Source of the DNA: Candidatus Blackburnbacteria bacterium RIFCSPLOWO2_01_FULL_40_20 | GTDB taxonomy: Bacteria > Patescibacteriota > Microgenomatia > UBA8517 > UBA10165 | Direction of reading: 5' to 3' | Assembly (NCBI GenBank): GCA_001816475.1 | Contig: MHCC01000001.1 | Location: forward strand, 12,622-76,621 | DNA length: 64,000 bases | Position numbers and translations under genes: made by a program | Notes under the pieces: generated by a model | Databases searched by the model: none | What the model was told of the DNA's origin: nothing | What the model saw: the letters and a program-made list of their open reading frames with translations, nothing else | Shown: piece after piece, positions 9,192 to 18,147 of the stretch | Layout of the letters: each line of letters starts with the position of its first letter | Numbering within the stretch: the stretch's first letter is position 1

Positions 9192-9755
9192 TTAGTCGAC
9201 GACTTGTTGGGCGGGATAGATCGTGTAGGTATACCGGATCAATCCGGTTTTACCATAAATAACGGCAATGTCGATTTTGCCGGTAAGTGCCCCACCATCC
9301 TTCCCGTTGTGATTCCCAGGATCCCGTAGGCTTACGACCTGGCTGTTGAGCAGCTGAGCCAACTCGCCAACTGAAAGGTTGCTCCCATTCGGATTTTGGG
9401 TTACACCAGTCCACTGGTATCGCGGGCGAAGCGTAAGAACAACGTCATTGCCACCGTTTACAGGTGCAACCGGACCAATGACTACAACAAGGCTTGCCCT
9501 ATCTTCCCCGGTCCCCTTTCCAACAAACGAGAACGTTTGGCCCGACGGGTCGGTGTATGATACGTCGCCTGTTGAGACAACGATCGAGTTCCCGTCTTCT
9601 GTCCAAAGGCCGTAAGGACTCGGGTCGGAACTCGCGTCAGGTGAACCAACCGACGAATAGTGGAATGTCGGAAATCCGCCTCCTGCCGAGGTCGTTGACG
9701 AGAAACCGACAAAAAGAGCCAGCACCATTGCAACGATCGAAACCAGAATCTTCAC
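9192..9755 (-). CDS. secreted hypothetical protein (signal peptide, Gly/Thr/Ser-rich), GC-rich gene
   Basis: N-terminus MKILVSIVAMVLALFVGFSSTTSA. GC content well above neighbours. Confidence 0.55.
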   Translation of the reverse strand: MKILVSIVAMVLALFVGFSSTTSAGGGFPTFHYSSVGSPDASSDPSPYGLWTEDGNSIVVSTGDVSYTDPSGQTFSFVGKGTGEDRASLVVVIGPVAPVNGGNDVVLTLRPRYQWTGVTQNPNGSNLSVGELAQLLNSQVVSLRDPGNHNGKDGGALTGKIDIAVIYGKTGLIRYTYTIYPAQQVVD

Positions 9756-10131
9756 CTGCCACTCCTTAATTTAATGTTCTGAAAGTACCAGAGCGTGTGT
9801 CCCGATGAATCGGGGCTTTACGTTCTAAGTCCTCCAACAGTACTTTCATCACTATTATACTATGAGGCAAGAACATTTGCAACAATTTTCTTGTAGTAAG
9901 TTTACTATCAACTTACTTTATACTTACTAACAAAGAGTACATTAAATGTATGACTGAAAAATCAAGAAAAGGGGGTTATGCAAAAAGACCTCTTTGGCAA
10001 TATATACTGATGTATCTGGTCATCGGTGGAATAATCTATGTTTTGATTTACTACTTTTTAATTCGAGGAAATTATTCGCCTTCTCTACTTTCTGCCCCTG
10101 CACCAGTCCAAAACGCTCCAGGACCAAGATA

Positions 10132-11034
10132 TTAGACTGCTTGAGTAGTAACTCCATTTTTATGAGGAACTTGATAGCAGTAACCACCTTTTTTCCCATA
10201 AATTCTCCCCAAGCCATATTTGGCTACTTTTTCTCTTAAAATTGGCAATTCATCGCGCACCGAGTTTGCCGCTCCATTTATCGTAATCTTTCCGTCGCCG
10301 ATTTCTTCCTTAAAAACAGCAAATGCCAAAGCAAGAACACTAATCACTCCACCGCCAATTGGCAAGTTTCCTAAAATTCTATTCTGAAAATCTGTTAAAG
10401 GATCTATTGGCATTTCCTTTTCCACTTTACGCGCCGTTTCAATAAGGAGTTGGGTTGGTTCGTTACCATTTTTATACAACACCACCGTCACATTGCTTTC
10501 TGGTCTTACCCAAGTCTCCCTTCTTTTTCGTTCTTCTTTGATTCTTAAAAGTTCGATCCCTCGCTCTAGACCCGGGTCTTTCCTTATCCTTTCAGCTTCT
10601 TCAAGATAAGCCTTCTCAAGTGAATCTAATGCAGTATCGCAATCGGGAGGAAGAATCCCCCGTTCAGCGTCCTCCCTCATTGCTTTAATTTTGCCACAAG
10701 ACTCCATGGTGTGGGCGTATTGTTCTGCGAGTCTTACAAGTCCTTCTGAAAATATACGATCCGTTTTTCTTATACCCGCCTTTACTAATACTTTGCTTGT
10801 ACATGAAGAACAAATTGTTTCTTCTGAGCGCTGGTTTGACTGAAGCGGCTTTAAAGGAAGAAGGCACTCAGGATCGTCATCACCCCAAAGACAGTATTTA
10901 ACTACTTGAATCTGCTCTGGAGAACGTCCATTCTCAGTCCCGTTCTTAAACTTGGACATAGACTGTTCTGAAGAACTATGAATCTCACAAGTTATTGTGG
11001 AAAACTGTCCAATCCTTTCGTGAGGTTGGTACAT
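10132..11034 (-). CDS. hypothetical protein with Cys-rich N-terminal region
   Basis: 300-aa ORF containing C...C..C...C and CGK motifs; no family recognised. Confidence 0.45.
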   Translation of the reverse strand: MYQPHERIGQFSTITCEIHSSSEQSMSKFKNGTENGRSPEQIQVVKYCLWGDDDPECLLPLKPLQSNQRSEETICSSCTSKVLVKAGIRKTDRIFSEGLVRLAEQYAHTMESCGKIKAMREDAERGILPPDCDTALDSLEKAYLEEAERIRKDPGLERGIELLRIKEERKRRETWVRPESNVTVVLYKNGNEPTQLLIETARKVEKEMPIDPLTDFQNRILGNLPIGGGVISVLALAFAVFKEEIGDGKITINGAANSVRDELPILREKVAKYGLGRIYGKKGGYCYQVPHKNGVTTQAV

Positions 11035-11077
11035 GCGCCATTAAAGCAGATTTGTGCCTGTTTGTCAATTTTTAGCC

Positions 11078-11428
11078 TCAATTTTTCTTGAAAAGTTTCC
11101 TTAAAATTACTTTGGCCAATGTCCAAAGGAGTGACTCACTCATAAGCGAAGCTTGGGGCTTCGTCTTAGACTTATGCTGACCCTCCCAAACTAACCTTGA
11201 CCAAACGGACAAAATGATCCACTCCTTTTTCTCATTTTGTTTTGCCACAACCTCAATTTTTTCACTTCCCAATGTTTTGTAATAAATCCAAGCTCCTTGA
11301 GCTGTAGCATATCGCGACTTGTCTGGACGGCGCCATGTTACCCATGCGTCTCCTTGTTTTATTCCCCGCTCGCGTAGTCTTTGTAAAGCATGATTTGTCC
11401 AAATAACACCTCCGTAATGTTGATCCAT
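11078..11428 (-). CDS. DUF4258-family protein (putative toxin component)
   Basis: HALQRLRERGI motif near the N-terminus, typical of DUF4258. Confidence 0.5.
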   Translation of the reverse strand: MDQHYGGVIWTNHALQRLRERGIKQGDAWVTWRRPDKSRYATAQGAWIYYKTLGSEKIEVVAKQNEKKEWIILSVWSRLVWEGQHKSKTKPQASLMSESLLWTLAKVILRKLFKKN

Positions 11429-11436
11429 ATTTATAT

Positions 11437-11700
11437 CTACTTTGCTAAACCATCAAATATAAGTTTTTTAACAAGCGTTTGATAAGGCATGTCCGCCTTG
11501 TGAGCTGTAATTTTCAATCTCTCAATAAGACTTTCTGGCAACCGGATTGTAATGGGCCGGCTTGTTAATTTAAGATTCGGAAAGCGGGCCACCCTGGCCG
11601 TAGAGTAGTCTATAAATTCGGTTGAATCATGTGATTGCCAAAATTTTCTTTCCTGACTTTCCGTTTTGAAATGTGGAATTTTTTTAAGTTTTTTGTTCAT
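11437..11700 (-). CDS. brnA: BrnA-like ribbon-helix-helix antitoxin
   Basis: C-terminal RPITIRLPESLIERLKITAHKADMPYQTLVKKLIFDGL (RHH/CopG-like). Overlaps the upstream BrnT-like gene. Confidence 0.6.
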   Translation of the reverse strand: MNKKLKKIPHFKTESQERKFWQSHDSTEFIDYSTARVARFPNLKLTSRPITIRLPESLIERLKITAHKADMPYQTLVKKLIFDGLAK

Positions 11701-12016
11701 ATTGATTCCTTTCTTTTTTGTTCGCTTTTCTTGCAGAAATTATCCTTATTTTATCTTTTCTTATCGTAAATACTACAAACAATACTTTGTTTTGAGTAGT
11801 TAAGCCAACTGCAATATACCTTTCTTCGAGTTGTGAATGTCTAACATCGTCCACCAGTAATAAGTTTTCATCTAAAAATATTTCTTCTGTTTCCTTTGGT
11901 GTAATGCCATGCTTTTTATAGCTTTTATCAAGATTACCTTTGTCCCAAATAAAACCAACGATCTTTGAGAGATCTAGCATTGTACATATGATACATGTAC
12001 AAATATTATTTGTCAA
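11684..12016 (-). CDS. brnT: BrnT-like toxin (DUF497)
   Basis: FIWDKGNLDKSYKKHGITPKETEEIF...DDVRHSQLEERYIAVG...RIISARKANKKERNQY matches the DUF497/BrnT pattern. The true start is probably an internal Met (MLDLSK...). Confidence 0.65.
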   Translation of the reverse strand: MTNNICTCIICTMLDLSKIVGFIWDKGNLDKSYKKHGITPKETEEIFLDENLLLVDDVRHSQLEERYIAVGLTTQNKVLFVVFTIRKDKIRIISARKANKKERNQYEQKT

Positions 12017-12237
12017 GATGGCTTTAGAGTTAAATCGTTGAACAAAAATTTCCCCCCTTGCAACTCCTATAGTTGTGTGGTATAAAGAAAAACCGCGTGC
12101 CCAGGCGGTGTCAAAAAATCATGAATAGTCAAGAACTATTAAATGTCATGTTACCCAAGAGATTGGGTTTTCGCCTCGTGGGCCAAAACTTAAGTTTTGC
12201 CGCGATCTTTGTGCACAAAGCACCTCTTCAGCTTTAG

Positions 12238-12507
12238 CGCACAAGCACCGCGACAAAACGCGGTGTAAGTTCCAAAGTTGATGCAATCACAGAACGCGAG
12301 ATTCAAACAAAGATGAAGTGGATTGCCAGCGGCAAGACAGTTGTCATTATCGCCCACCGACTCTCGACAATCAGGAGTGCTGACAACATTATTGTCATGG
12401 ACGAAGGGAGGAAAGTTGAGGAAGGAACTCACGCACAGTTGATGCAACAGCGGGGTTTGTACGCAAAAATGGTAGCGCTGCAAACTGCGGAAGTTGCAAT
12501 CAGCTAG
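12238..12507 (+). pseudogene. C-terminal fragment of an ABC exporter ATP-binding domain (MsbA-like), remnant
   Basis: In-frame translation reads ...SKVDAITEREIQTKMKWIASGKTVVIIAHRLSTIRSADNIIVMDEGRKVEEGTHAQLMQQRGLYAKMVALQ. This covers the D-loop and H-loop with the IAHRLSTI motif. There are no Walker A/B motifs or transmembrane region, an upstream in-frame stop, and much higher GC than surrounding DNA. Confidence 0.6.
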
Positions 12508-12569
12508 ATATCTGGCACCAGGCCGTCACGACGCTAAGTCGGACGTAAGTCCTGGTGCTTTTTCATTAG

Positions 12570-12833
12570 CTATTTGTATACGCCTTGCCTGTGGCCAATT
12601 TCCACAATTATTACTGCATGGCTAGTGTTTATGACTACATAAATGATGCTGTATGGCCAAGCCCGAAGTTTGTACTGACCCTCAAATTCTCCTCTTAATC
12701 TTTCACCCGCAAGAGGGTTCTTGGATAATTTTTCAACCGCTCTTGATATTTTTTCTTTGTCTGAAGGTTTGAGTTTTGAAAATGATTTCTCGGCTTGCTT
12801 GGTAAAAATAATCTTAGCCACTTTACATTCCAA
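12570..12833 (-). CDS. RelE/ParE-family toxin
   Basis: 87 aa with C-terminal ...LRAWPYSIIYVV...IVEIGHRQ pattern, preceded by an overlapping antitoxin gene. Confidence 0.65.
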   Translation of the reverse strand: MECKVAKIIFTKQAEKSFSKLKPSDKEKISRAVEKLSKNPLAGERLRGEFEGQYKLRAWPYSIIYVVINTSHAVIIVEIGHRQGVYK

Positions 12834-13146
12834 ATTTTTTCTTTACATCTTTCCACTCGACCAGTCGACCTGCCTTGATGTCTTCCATTCCCTTTTTAAT
12901 ACCACGAACAAGTTTGGTGTCCGACATCACGTCTAATGTCGCCTCTAAAGAGGCTAACTCTTCTTGAGAAACAAGTACGGCTTTAGTCTCTCCTTTTTTA
13001 GTTATGCCAACCCTTTCCCCTGTTTGGGAAACCTCATCGAGTAAGTCGTAGAGCTTAGTTCTAGCTTGTGTTGCAGAAATCGTAGTCATAACGGTATCGT
13101 ACGCTTTAGCGTACGTTTTGTCAATGCCCAATAGATCACTATTCAA
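12823..13146 (-). CDS. Phd/YefM-family antitoxin
   Basis: TTISATQARTKLYDLLDEV...GERVGITKKGETKAVLVS is the Phd/YefM N-terminal signature. Confidence 0.7.
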   Translation of the reverse strand: MNSDLLGIDKTYAKAYDTVMTTISATQARTKLYDLLDEVSQTGERVGITKKGETKAVLVSQEELASLEATLDVMSDTKLVRGIKKGMEDIKAGRLVEWKDVKKKFGM

Positions 13147-13933
13147 ACTCTAAAACCATAGGTAAATGATCTGAAACTTCAACAACCGGCACTTCAAAAC
13201 TAACAACATTTATGTCTTTTGAAACAAACGTATAATCTGCGAACGGTTGAAATTCTGGTGTGCCTTGATAAGGGTCTAGCGAACTTCTTGTAGTTTTGAT
13301 CTCATTCTTCTTAATAAGGTTTATGAAATCCTGTTCTATCATTTTTATACATTGTGTATAAGGCCTTAAATTAAAATCTCCACACAAAATTTTCGGCCCC
13401 GCGTGTTTCCTTGTAAACTCAAGAGTCTTTTCAGATTGTGCAATTCTATCGGAGTTGTCCAGTTTATCCCCAGGATGCCAAATGCCATGAATGTTGCAAA
13501 TCAAGAAATTTTTACCATCTTTGTTAAAACTAACATAGGAAACGTTTGAAGGATTGTCAGTAAAATCAGGTTTCATTGGAGCAAAACGGGATCGGAAGGT
13601 AAAGAAGTCTCCTTGGTTGTCGATTATTATACTTTTTTTAACAAAAATTCCGAGACCGTATTTTAAATCAAAACCGATATGTCCTGTTGGATCTACACCT
13701 CTGCAAGTTGGGTAATAAAAGCCGTGATAATCAATAAAAAGATTTGAAAGCTCCTGATAAAGATTTGCCCTTGCCCCACCGGTTTCAACTACATTATCTG
13801 CAGTGTCAAATATTTCCTGAAAACAAAAAATGTCAACATCCCCGTTGTATTTTTCCAAAAACTCCATCAAGGAACCGTACGCTCTCCCACCCCATAAATT
13901 TAAAGATAAAAGTTTCACAAAACATGTTATCAC
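13139..13933 (-). CDS. endonuclease/exonuclease/phosphatase (EEP) family protein
   Basis: LKLLSLNLWGG...FCFQE..., IHGIWH, GDFN and SDHLP motifs typical of the EEP fold. Confidence 0.7.
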   Translation of the reverse strand: MITCFVKLLSLNLWGGRAYGSLMEFLEKYNGDVDIFCFQEIFDTADNVVETGGARANLYQELSNLFIDYHGFYYPTCRGVDPTGHIGFDLKYGLGIFVKKSIIIDNQGDFFTFRSRFAPMKPDFTDNPSNVSYVSFNKDGKNFLICNIHGIWHPGDKLDNSDRIAQSEKTLEFTRKHAGPKILCGDFNLRPYTQCIKMIEQDFINLIKKNEIKTTRSSLDPYQGTPEFQPFADYTFVSKDINVVSFEVPVVEVSDHLPMVLEFE

Positions 13934-13990
13934 ACTTTTTTCTTACCAATTTATATCAGTTTTATCATTTCAAAAATTTAATGTAAAAGT

Positions 13991-14644
13991 ATGAATAGAG
14001 TTTTGATATTAGTAATAATTGCGCTTTTAATTGGAGCATTCTTTGGAGGAGAAGTTGTAAAACCCGTAAAGGAAATCTTCGTCCTAAAAGAACAAACTTT
14101 TACAACCCAAGAAATTGATTTCAAAAATACATCACGCAAGCTTTGGGAGGATCACATTGTTTGGACTCGAGAATTCATAACAAGTGCTGCTAACAACTCC
14201 TCTGATCTAAACAACGTCGCCCAAAGGCTTTTGAAAAACCAGGAGGACATTGGAAATTCAATCAAGCCATATTATGGAGAAGAAGCCGGAAACAAATTAA
14301 CAGATCTCTTAAAAACCCACACCCAAACAGCAGGAGACTTGGTAAAAACAACAAAAGCGGGAAGTAAAACGGCTGCAGATCAAGCAGAAAAAAAGTGGTA
14401 TGGGAATGCTGATGACATTGCCTCCTTCTTTGCAAATGCAAATCCTGAATTTAGAAAAGGAGATTTAGTAAAGATGTTGAATGAACATCTTGCGCTAGCT
14501 AAACAAGAAGCTGTTGATATTTTAGGTAAAAAACCAGCAGAAAGCATTGGAACTCATGACGCGATCCAGGATCAAATCTTGAAAATGTCCGACTCCCTAT
14601 CGAACGTAACAATCAACAAATTCCCCGATAAGTTTGGAAAGTAA
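13991..14644 (+). CDS. hypothetical membrane-anchored protein
   Basis: N-terminal transmembrane segment VLILVIIALLIGAFFGG; the rest is hydrophilic. Confidence 0.5.
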   Translation: MNRVLILVIIALLIGAFFGGEVVKPVKEIFVLKEQTFTTQEIDFKNTSRKLWEDHIVWTREFITSAANNSSDLNNVAQRLLKNQEDIGNSIKPYYGEEAGNKLTDLLKTHTQTAGDLVKTTKAGSKTAADQAEKKWYGNADDIASFFANANPEFRKGDLVKMLNEHLALAKQEAVDILGKKPAESIGTHDAIQDQILKMSDSLSNVTINKFPDKFGK

Positions 14645-14720
14645 AAATACGTTTGCCCAGGGACAAGGTTCGAAAAGCAAAATTACTTCTCTCACCCTGC
14701 CCCCAGGCGGTTGGATCCTA

Positions 14721-14921
14721 TTAGCCTTCCTTTATCACCGACGGCTTGTCGATGTTTTTGAAAAAGGCTACCAGGACAAACAAGCCAACCGGGCCAAAAA
14801 GTCCAGTCAACAGGAACCAGTTAAAACCGCTCCTTCCCTTGCCTTGTGCGATTCCTGCCGCGATCGTGGCAATAATGAACCAGCCTACGAACAGATCAGC
14901 GCCTAAGTAACCCACCTTCAC
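14721..14921 (-). CDS. small membrane protein (two TM segments)
   Basis: 66 aa, FIIATIAAGIA...WFLLTGLFGPVGLFVLVAFF. Confidence 0.35.
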   Translation of the reverse strand: MKVGYLGADLFVGWFIIATIAAGIAQGKGRSGFNWFLLTGLFGPVGLFVLVAFFKNIDKPSVIKEG

Positions 14922-15457
14922 TCCTTTAGTTATCTAAATCTGCCAACTTCACTGTCAAAAGACAAGTTCCCAGACTGGGCAAATGATAGATCAAAGAGAC
15001 AGAAAAGTCAAACTACAGGACGTTATGTTATATTTATCATAAGGAACAACGCAACAATTTAAAGTCGATATCTTGTATGGAGGACAGGAGCTTGGCGTTA
15101 AACCAGAAAACGTCCTTGATTGGAACGAACAGCATCTGCAACGGGAAGGCGCAGAACAAGTTCCTGTAAAGGGTGTTTTGTTTACTGCTTCCCAAACAAC
15201 CGTTGACCAACAAAAAAACCAGACAAGATCATGTTCACATACGTTGACAAGTATGGACAAGCAAGAGAAAGCGAGGAGGCAATGAAAAAACTTTTAAGGT
15301 TTTATGAACTATTGGATTATTGTTATCAAGGGATGTTTGGTTCTGCTTTGGCTGAAACAAACCCCACCACTCACATCATGCCAATTCTTCAAGGAAGAAA
15401 ATAATTTAGAATAACGGAACAAATCAAGAAGTTGAACAAAGTTGGTGTTGCAGTTGT

Positions 15458-15528
15458 TGCGGAGCTAGGATTCGAACCTAGAGTCGCACGGATTCAAAGT
15501 CCGGCGTGTTGCCATTACACCACTCCGC
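15458..15528 (-). tRNA. tRNA-Gln(TTG)
   Basis: Minus-sense GCGGAGTGGTGTAATGGCAACACGCCGGACTTTGAATCCG...CTAGGTTCGAATCCTAGCTCCGCA. Anticodon loop CTTTGAA. Confidence 0.8.
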
Positions 15529-15533
15529 AAAAA

Positions 15534-16253
15534 TCAAACATTGCCTGTGCGTTTGGGAAATTGGCAATATTTCATACATATTATACCCGATAAGGCTAGT
15601 ATTTTTCTAGTCAGGCTTGGTATTCCTCGCACAATTACCTGTAACTGCCCCACATAGTTGGAATTAGTCCTTCTTTTAGAGACAACATTCTTTTTCCAAG
15701 TTAAATCAATGTATCCCACAGGTACAGATAGTTTCATTGCCCAGAAATTCTTAATCCTGCCAAGATCTTCTTTTCTGCTTTCGTGAACAAACAACCTATA
15801 TTTGACCTCTTCTGTCCTACTAAGAAAAAAGTACTTTTCTAAAAAGTTCAAAAATAACTGAACCAAGCGATAGTCAGAGTTGGAAAACCTGCACTCATTC
15901 TTTTTTGTACCCTCTGCTTGGTAAAGCATAAGGCCTGCCACAAAAAATGGATCATTTATAAACGTCTTGTATCTCTGAATAAAACTTTCAAGTTCTTCAT
16001 CAAACTTCTTTGCTCTAGTAAATTTTGCCGCTTCGGTCGCAGCTCTAATTTTTTCTACTCTTTTCTTGAGTTGAATTTCTAAATGTTCTTTTGTAAGCGT
16101 TAAGCCTGCAAATGTCAACCAGTTTTGGAGTGTAGATTTGGCAACTGGAACAATTTTTCTAATTTCTCCGTAACTTAACCCTTCTTTTCTCAATCTAACA
16201 CATTCAACGAATTTCCCTTTGTTTTTCTTTCTTATCGAACTTTTATTAATCAT
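15534..16253 (-). CDS. HTH-domain protein with a LAGLIDADG-like motif (possible free-standing homing-endonuclease-like gene)
   Basis: N-terminal HTH-like LSYGEIRKIVPVAKSTLQNWL. Central DPFFVAGLMLYQAEGTK resembles a LAGLIDADG dodecapeptide. Sits directly upstream of tRNA-Gln. Confidence 0.45.
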   Translation of the reverse strand: MINKSSIRKKNKGKFVECVRLRKEGLSYGEIRKIVPVAKSTLQNWLTFAGLTLTKEHLEIQLKKRVEKIRAATEAAKFTRAKKFDEELESFIQRYKTFINDPFFVAGLMLYQAEGTKKNECRFSNSDYRLVQLFLNFLEKYFFLSRTEEVKYRLFVHESRKEDLGRIKNFWAMKLSVPVGYIDLTWKKNVVSKRRTNSNYVGQLQVIVRGIPSLTRKILALSGIICMKYCQFPKRTGNV

Positions 16254-16373
16254 ACTTTATGTATGAACTATTGGTTCGAAAATGTCAAATACAAGATCTT
16301 GTTGAATATTTGGAATGCCTTGGTAGATTTTGGGCATAAATTAGGCTATAATTAGTTACCTATACACAATTAG

Positions 16374-16444
16374 GGCCCGTAGCTCAACGGCAGAGCATCT
16401 CCCTTTTAAGGAGTTGGTTGACAGTTCGAATCTGTCCGGGCTCA
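16374..16444 (+). tRNA. tRNA-Lys(TTT)
   Basis: GGGCCCGTAGCTCAACGGCAGAGCATCTCCCTTTTAAGGAG..GACAGTTCGAATCTGTCCGGGCTCA. Anticodon loop CTTTTAA. Confidence 0.85.
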
Positions 16445-16482
16445 CCCAATGATATTTGTGTTTTTAGAGACTTTTAGCTTCA

Positions 16483-16583
16483 AGAAATTGTGGAAAACTC
16501 TGGGATTGTCTTGATACCTGTTTCTTCTTCAGTCATCATTTTAATACTTCTTTTACACTCTGTAAGAGATCTTCAATGGCGAA
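16483..16583. repeat. inverted duplicate (~100 bp, 2-3 mismatches) of 7898..8003, the junction of the response-regulator 3' end and histidine-kinase 5' end
   Basis: The reverse complement of 7911-7990 (ctttgggattgtcttgatacctgtttcttcttcagtcatcattttaatacttcttttacactctgtaagagatcttcaatg) occurs at 16499-16578 with a single visible mismatch. Identity fades at both ends. Confidence 0.8.
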
Positions 16584-16688
16584 TATTATTTACTTCATGC
16601 TTTTATAAAGAAAAGTCAGAAAACACCTGCCAAAGAATTAAAGGTAGCCCTTGACAGAATGAGAAAATTAGTATAGCATATATGCTAT

Positions 16689-16982
16689 ATGATTAAACCT
16701 AAAGACAGACAACATTTAGATTTTGAAGTGTGGGAAAAGGAAGCTTTAAAAGATCCTAAACTAAGAGCGGAGTATGACAAACTACAGCCACAGTTTGCTA
16801 TTCTAAGAGCAAGGATTGAAAAAAGATTAACCCAAAAAGAGTTGGCTCAAAGGATTGGGACCAAACAATCAGTTATCTCGAGACTTGAATCCGGCCGTGC
16901 TAATCCATCAGTTGCTTTTCTTAAGAAACTAGCTCAAGCCTTAAACTCTCATCTGGAAATTAGATTTACCAATTTTAAGTAA
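16689..16982 (+). CDS. XRE-family helix-turn-helix transcriptional regulator
   Basis: LTQKELAQRIGTKQSVISRLESGRANPSVAFLKKLAQAL is an XRE/Cro-type HTH. Confidence 0.7.
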   Translation: MIKPKDRQHLDFEVWEKEALKDPKLRAEYDKLQPQFAILRARIEKRLTQKELAQRIGTKQSVISRLESGRANPSVAFLKKLAQALNSHLEIRFTNFK

Positions 16983-17175
16983 TCTTGCTGTACTTTATTG
17001 TGCATTTTTTAGACCAAATGTATAGGCAAACTCAGAGTTTAGACCGTCAGCCCCGATTAAATCGGGGTCAGACAGGAATAATTCAAAGAATTCCCGCAGC
17101 TCGCCTCGCTGAAGCTCCGACGAAGCGGGTCTGTTTAAGGTACTAGGGGCTCACAGAAGCACAAGGTGTGCCAAA

Positions 17176-17649
17176 TTAGAAGTTTATTATTTCCGGCATT
17201 TGGAGTCTTACGCTTTCTCCTCTTTTCTGCTCAAATTGGACCACCTGTGCTTGAGTAAGATTGCCATTGTCGTAAAAATACCTTATTTCAAAGCCGTCCA
17301 TACTTTTAAACGTTTTCTTTTCGTAGACTAAGTAGCCTTCTGGTAAGTATTCATATCGATGAATATCTGATCCTTCTACCGCCATCAGCAATCTCCCGCT
17401 CTTATCATATTCGTAAACATATCGTTTGCCGCCTTTCATAAAATCCAAACGTAAGTTTGAACCAGATGAATATATCTCTACTTCTTCTGTCCCCCAAAAG
17501 ATTGCAGGTCTTGTTAAAAGATTTTCTGCTGGAATGGGTTTTGCCAACCTTTCCTTTTGGTGAGCCTTCCAACTATCAACAGTGTCAAATGGGATGAAAA
17601 AACTAACAATATCTCTTCTTTGAGGAACCTCAGCAGTTAAAGTTGCCAT
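17176..17649 (-). CDS. hypothetical protein
   Basis: 157-aa ORF followed (on the minus strand) by a GCACACCTTGTGC hairpin. Confidence 0.45.
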   Translation of the reverse strand: MATLTAEVPQRRDIVSFFIPFDTVDSWKAHQKERLAKPIPAENLLTRPAIFWGTEEVEIYSSGSNLRLDFMKGGKRYVYEYDKSGRLLMAVEGSDIHRYEYLPEGYLVYEKKTFKSMDGFEIRYFYDNGNLTQAQVVQFEQKRGESVRLQMPEIINF

Positions 17650-17990
17650 ATTTATGGGCTATAGTATGATTGAAAACTTAATGGAGACAGTTGTCAAGAG
17701 GATTTCTTATTGCAAAAAATACTCCTCGCTTTAAAATTGCATTCATGCGAGTTGAGAGAATGGAGGGTGAAGGCAATGTTCTTTATAGAATTGTCGGGAT
17801 AAAAGATGATATGGGCCGTGGCGTTTCTATGACTTTGATACAACAATAAGATAAAGACATTATTGTCTCCTTGCAGGAGCAAATAACAGGAAAAATGCTA
17901 AGTGCTAAATTTTGTAGTTCACAAGGCGGAAGCTTAAACCCCAAGATTGCAAAAGCACTTCGAGCAGCAATCAAGGTACTTGTAGATGAG

Positions 17991-18064
17991 TGACGCCTGC
18001 GGGAATCGAACCCGCGATTCCTGGGATGAAAACCCAGTGTCCTAGGCCGCTAGACGAAGGCGCC
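17991..18064 (-). tRNA. tRNA-Glu(TTC)
   Basis: Minus-sense GGCGCCTTCGTCTAGCGGCCTAGGACACTGGGTTTTCATCCCAGGAATCGCGGGTTCGATTCCCGCAGGCGTCA. Anticodon loop TTTTCAT. Confidence 0.85.
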
Positions 18065-18147
18065 AAGTCATACTTGGCTGGCACGTATGACGTGCCGCCG
18101 CGTTGAACTACTATATTTTACCATTTTGTGCTTGAAAATGCTAGAAT

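Noticed and set aside
9950-10239. Small plus-strand ORFs 9950..10135 and 9994..10239
   Set aside because: Convergent with and overlapping the 3' end of the minus gene 10132..11034; the 61-aa one could be a real membrane peptide but there is no supporting signal, so it is not called.
16990-17175. Possible structured small RNA (CCCGCAGCTCGCCTCGCTGAAGCTCCGACGAAGCGGG, GCACAAGGTGTGC) considered as SRP/tmRNA/RNase P
   Set aside because: None of the diagnostic conserved blocks (SRP domain IV GGAAG..., tmRNA tag region/3' tRNA-like end, RNase P GGAAAGTCCGG) are present; more likely terminator hairpins of the flanking minus-strand gene.
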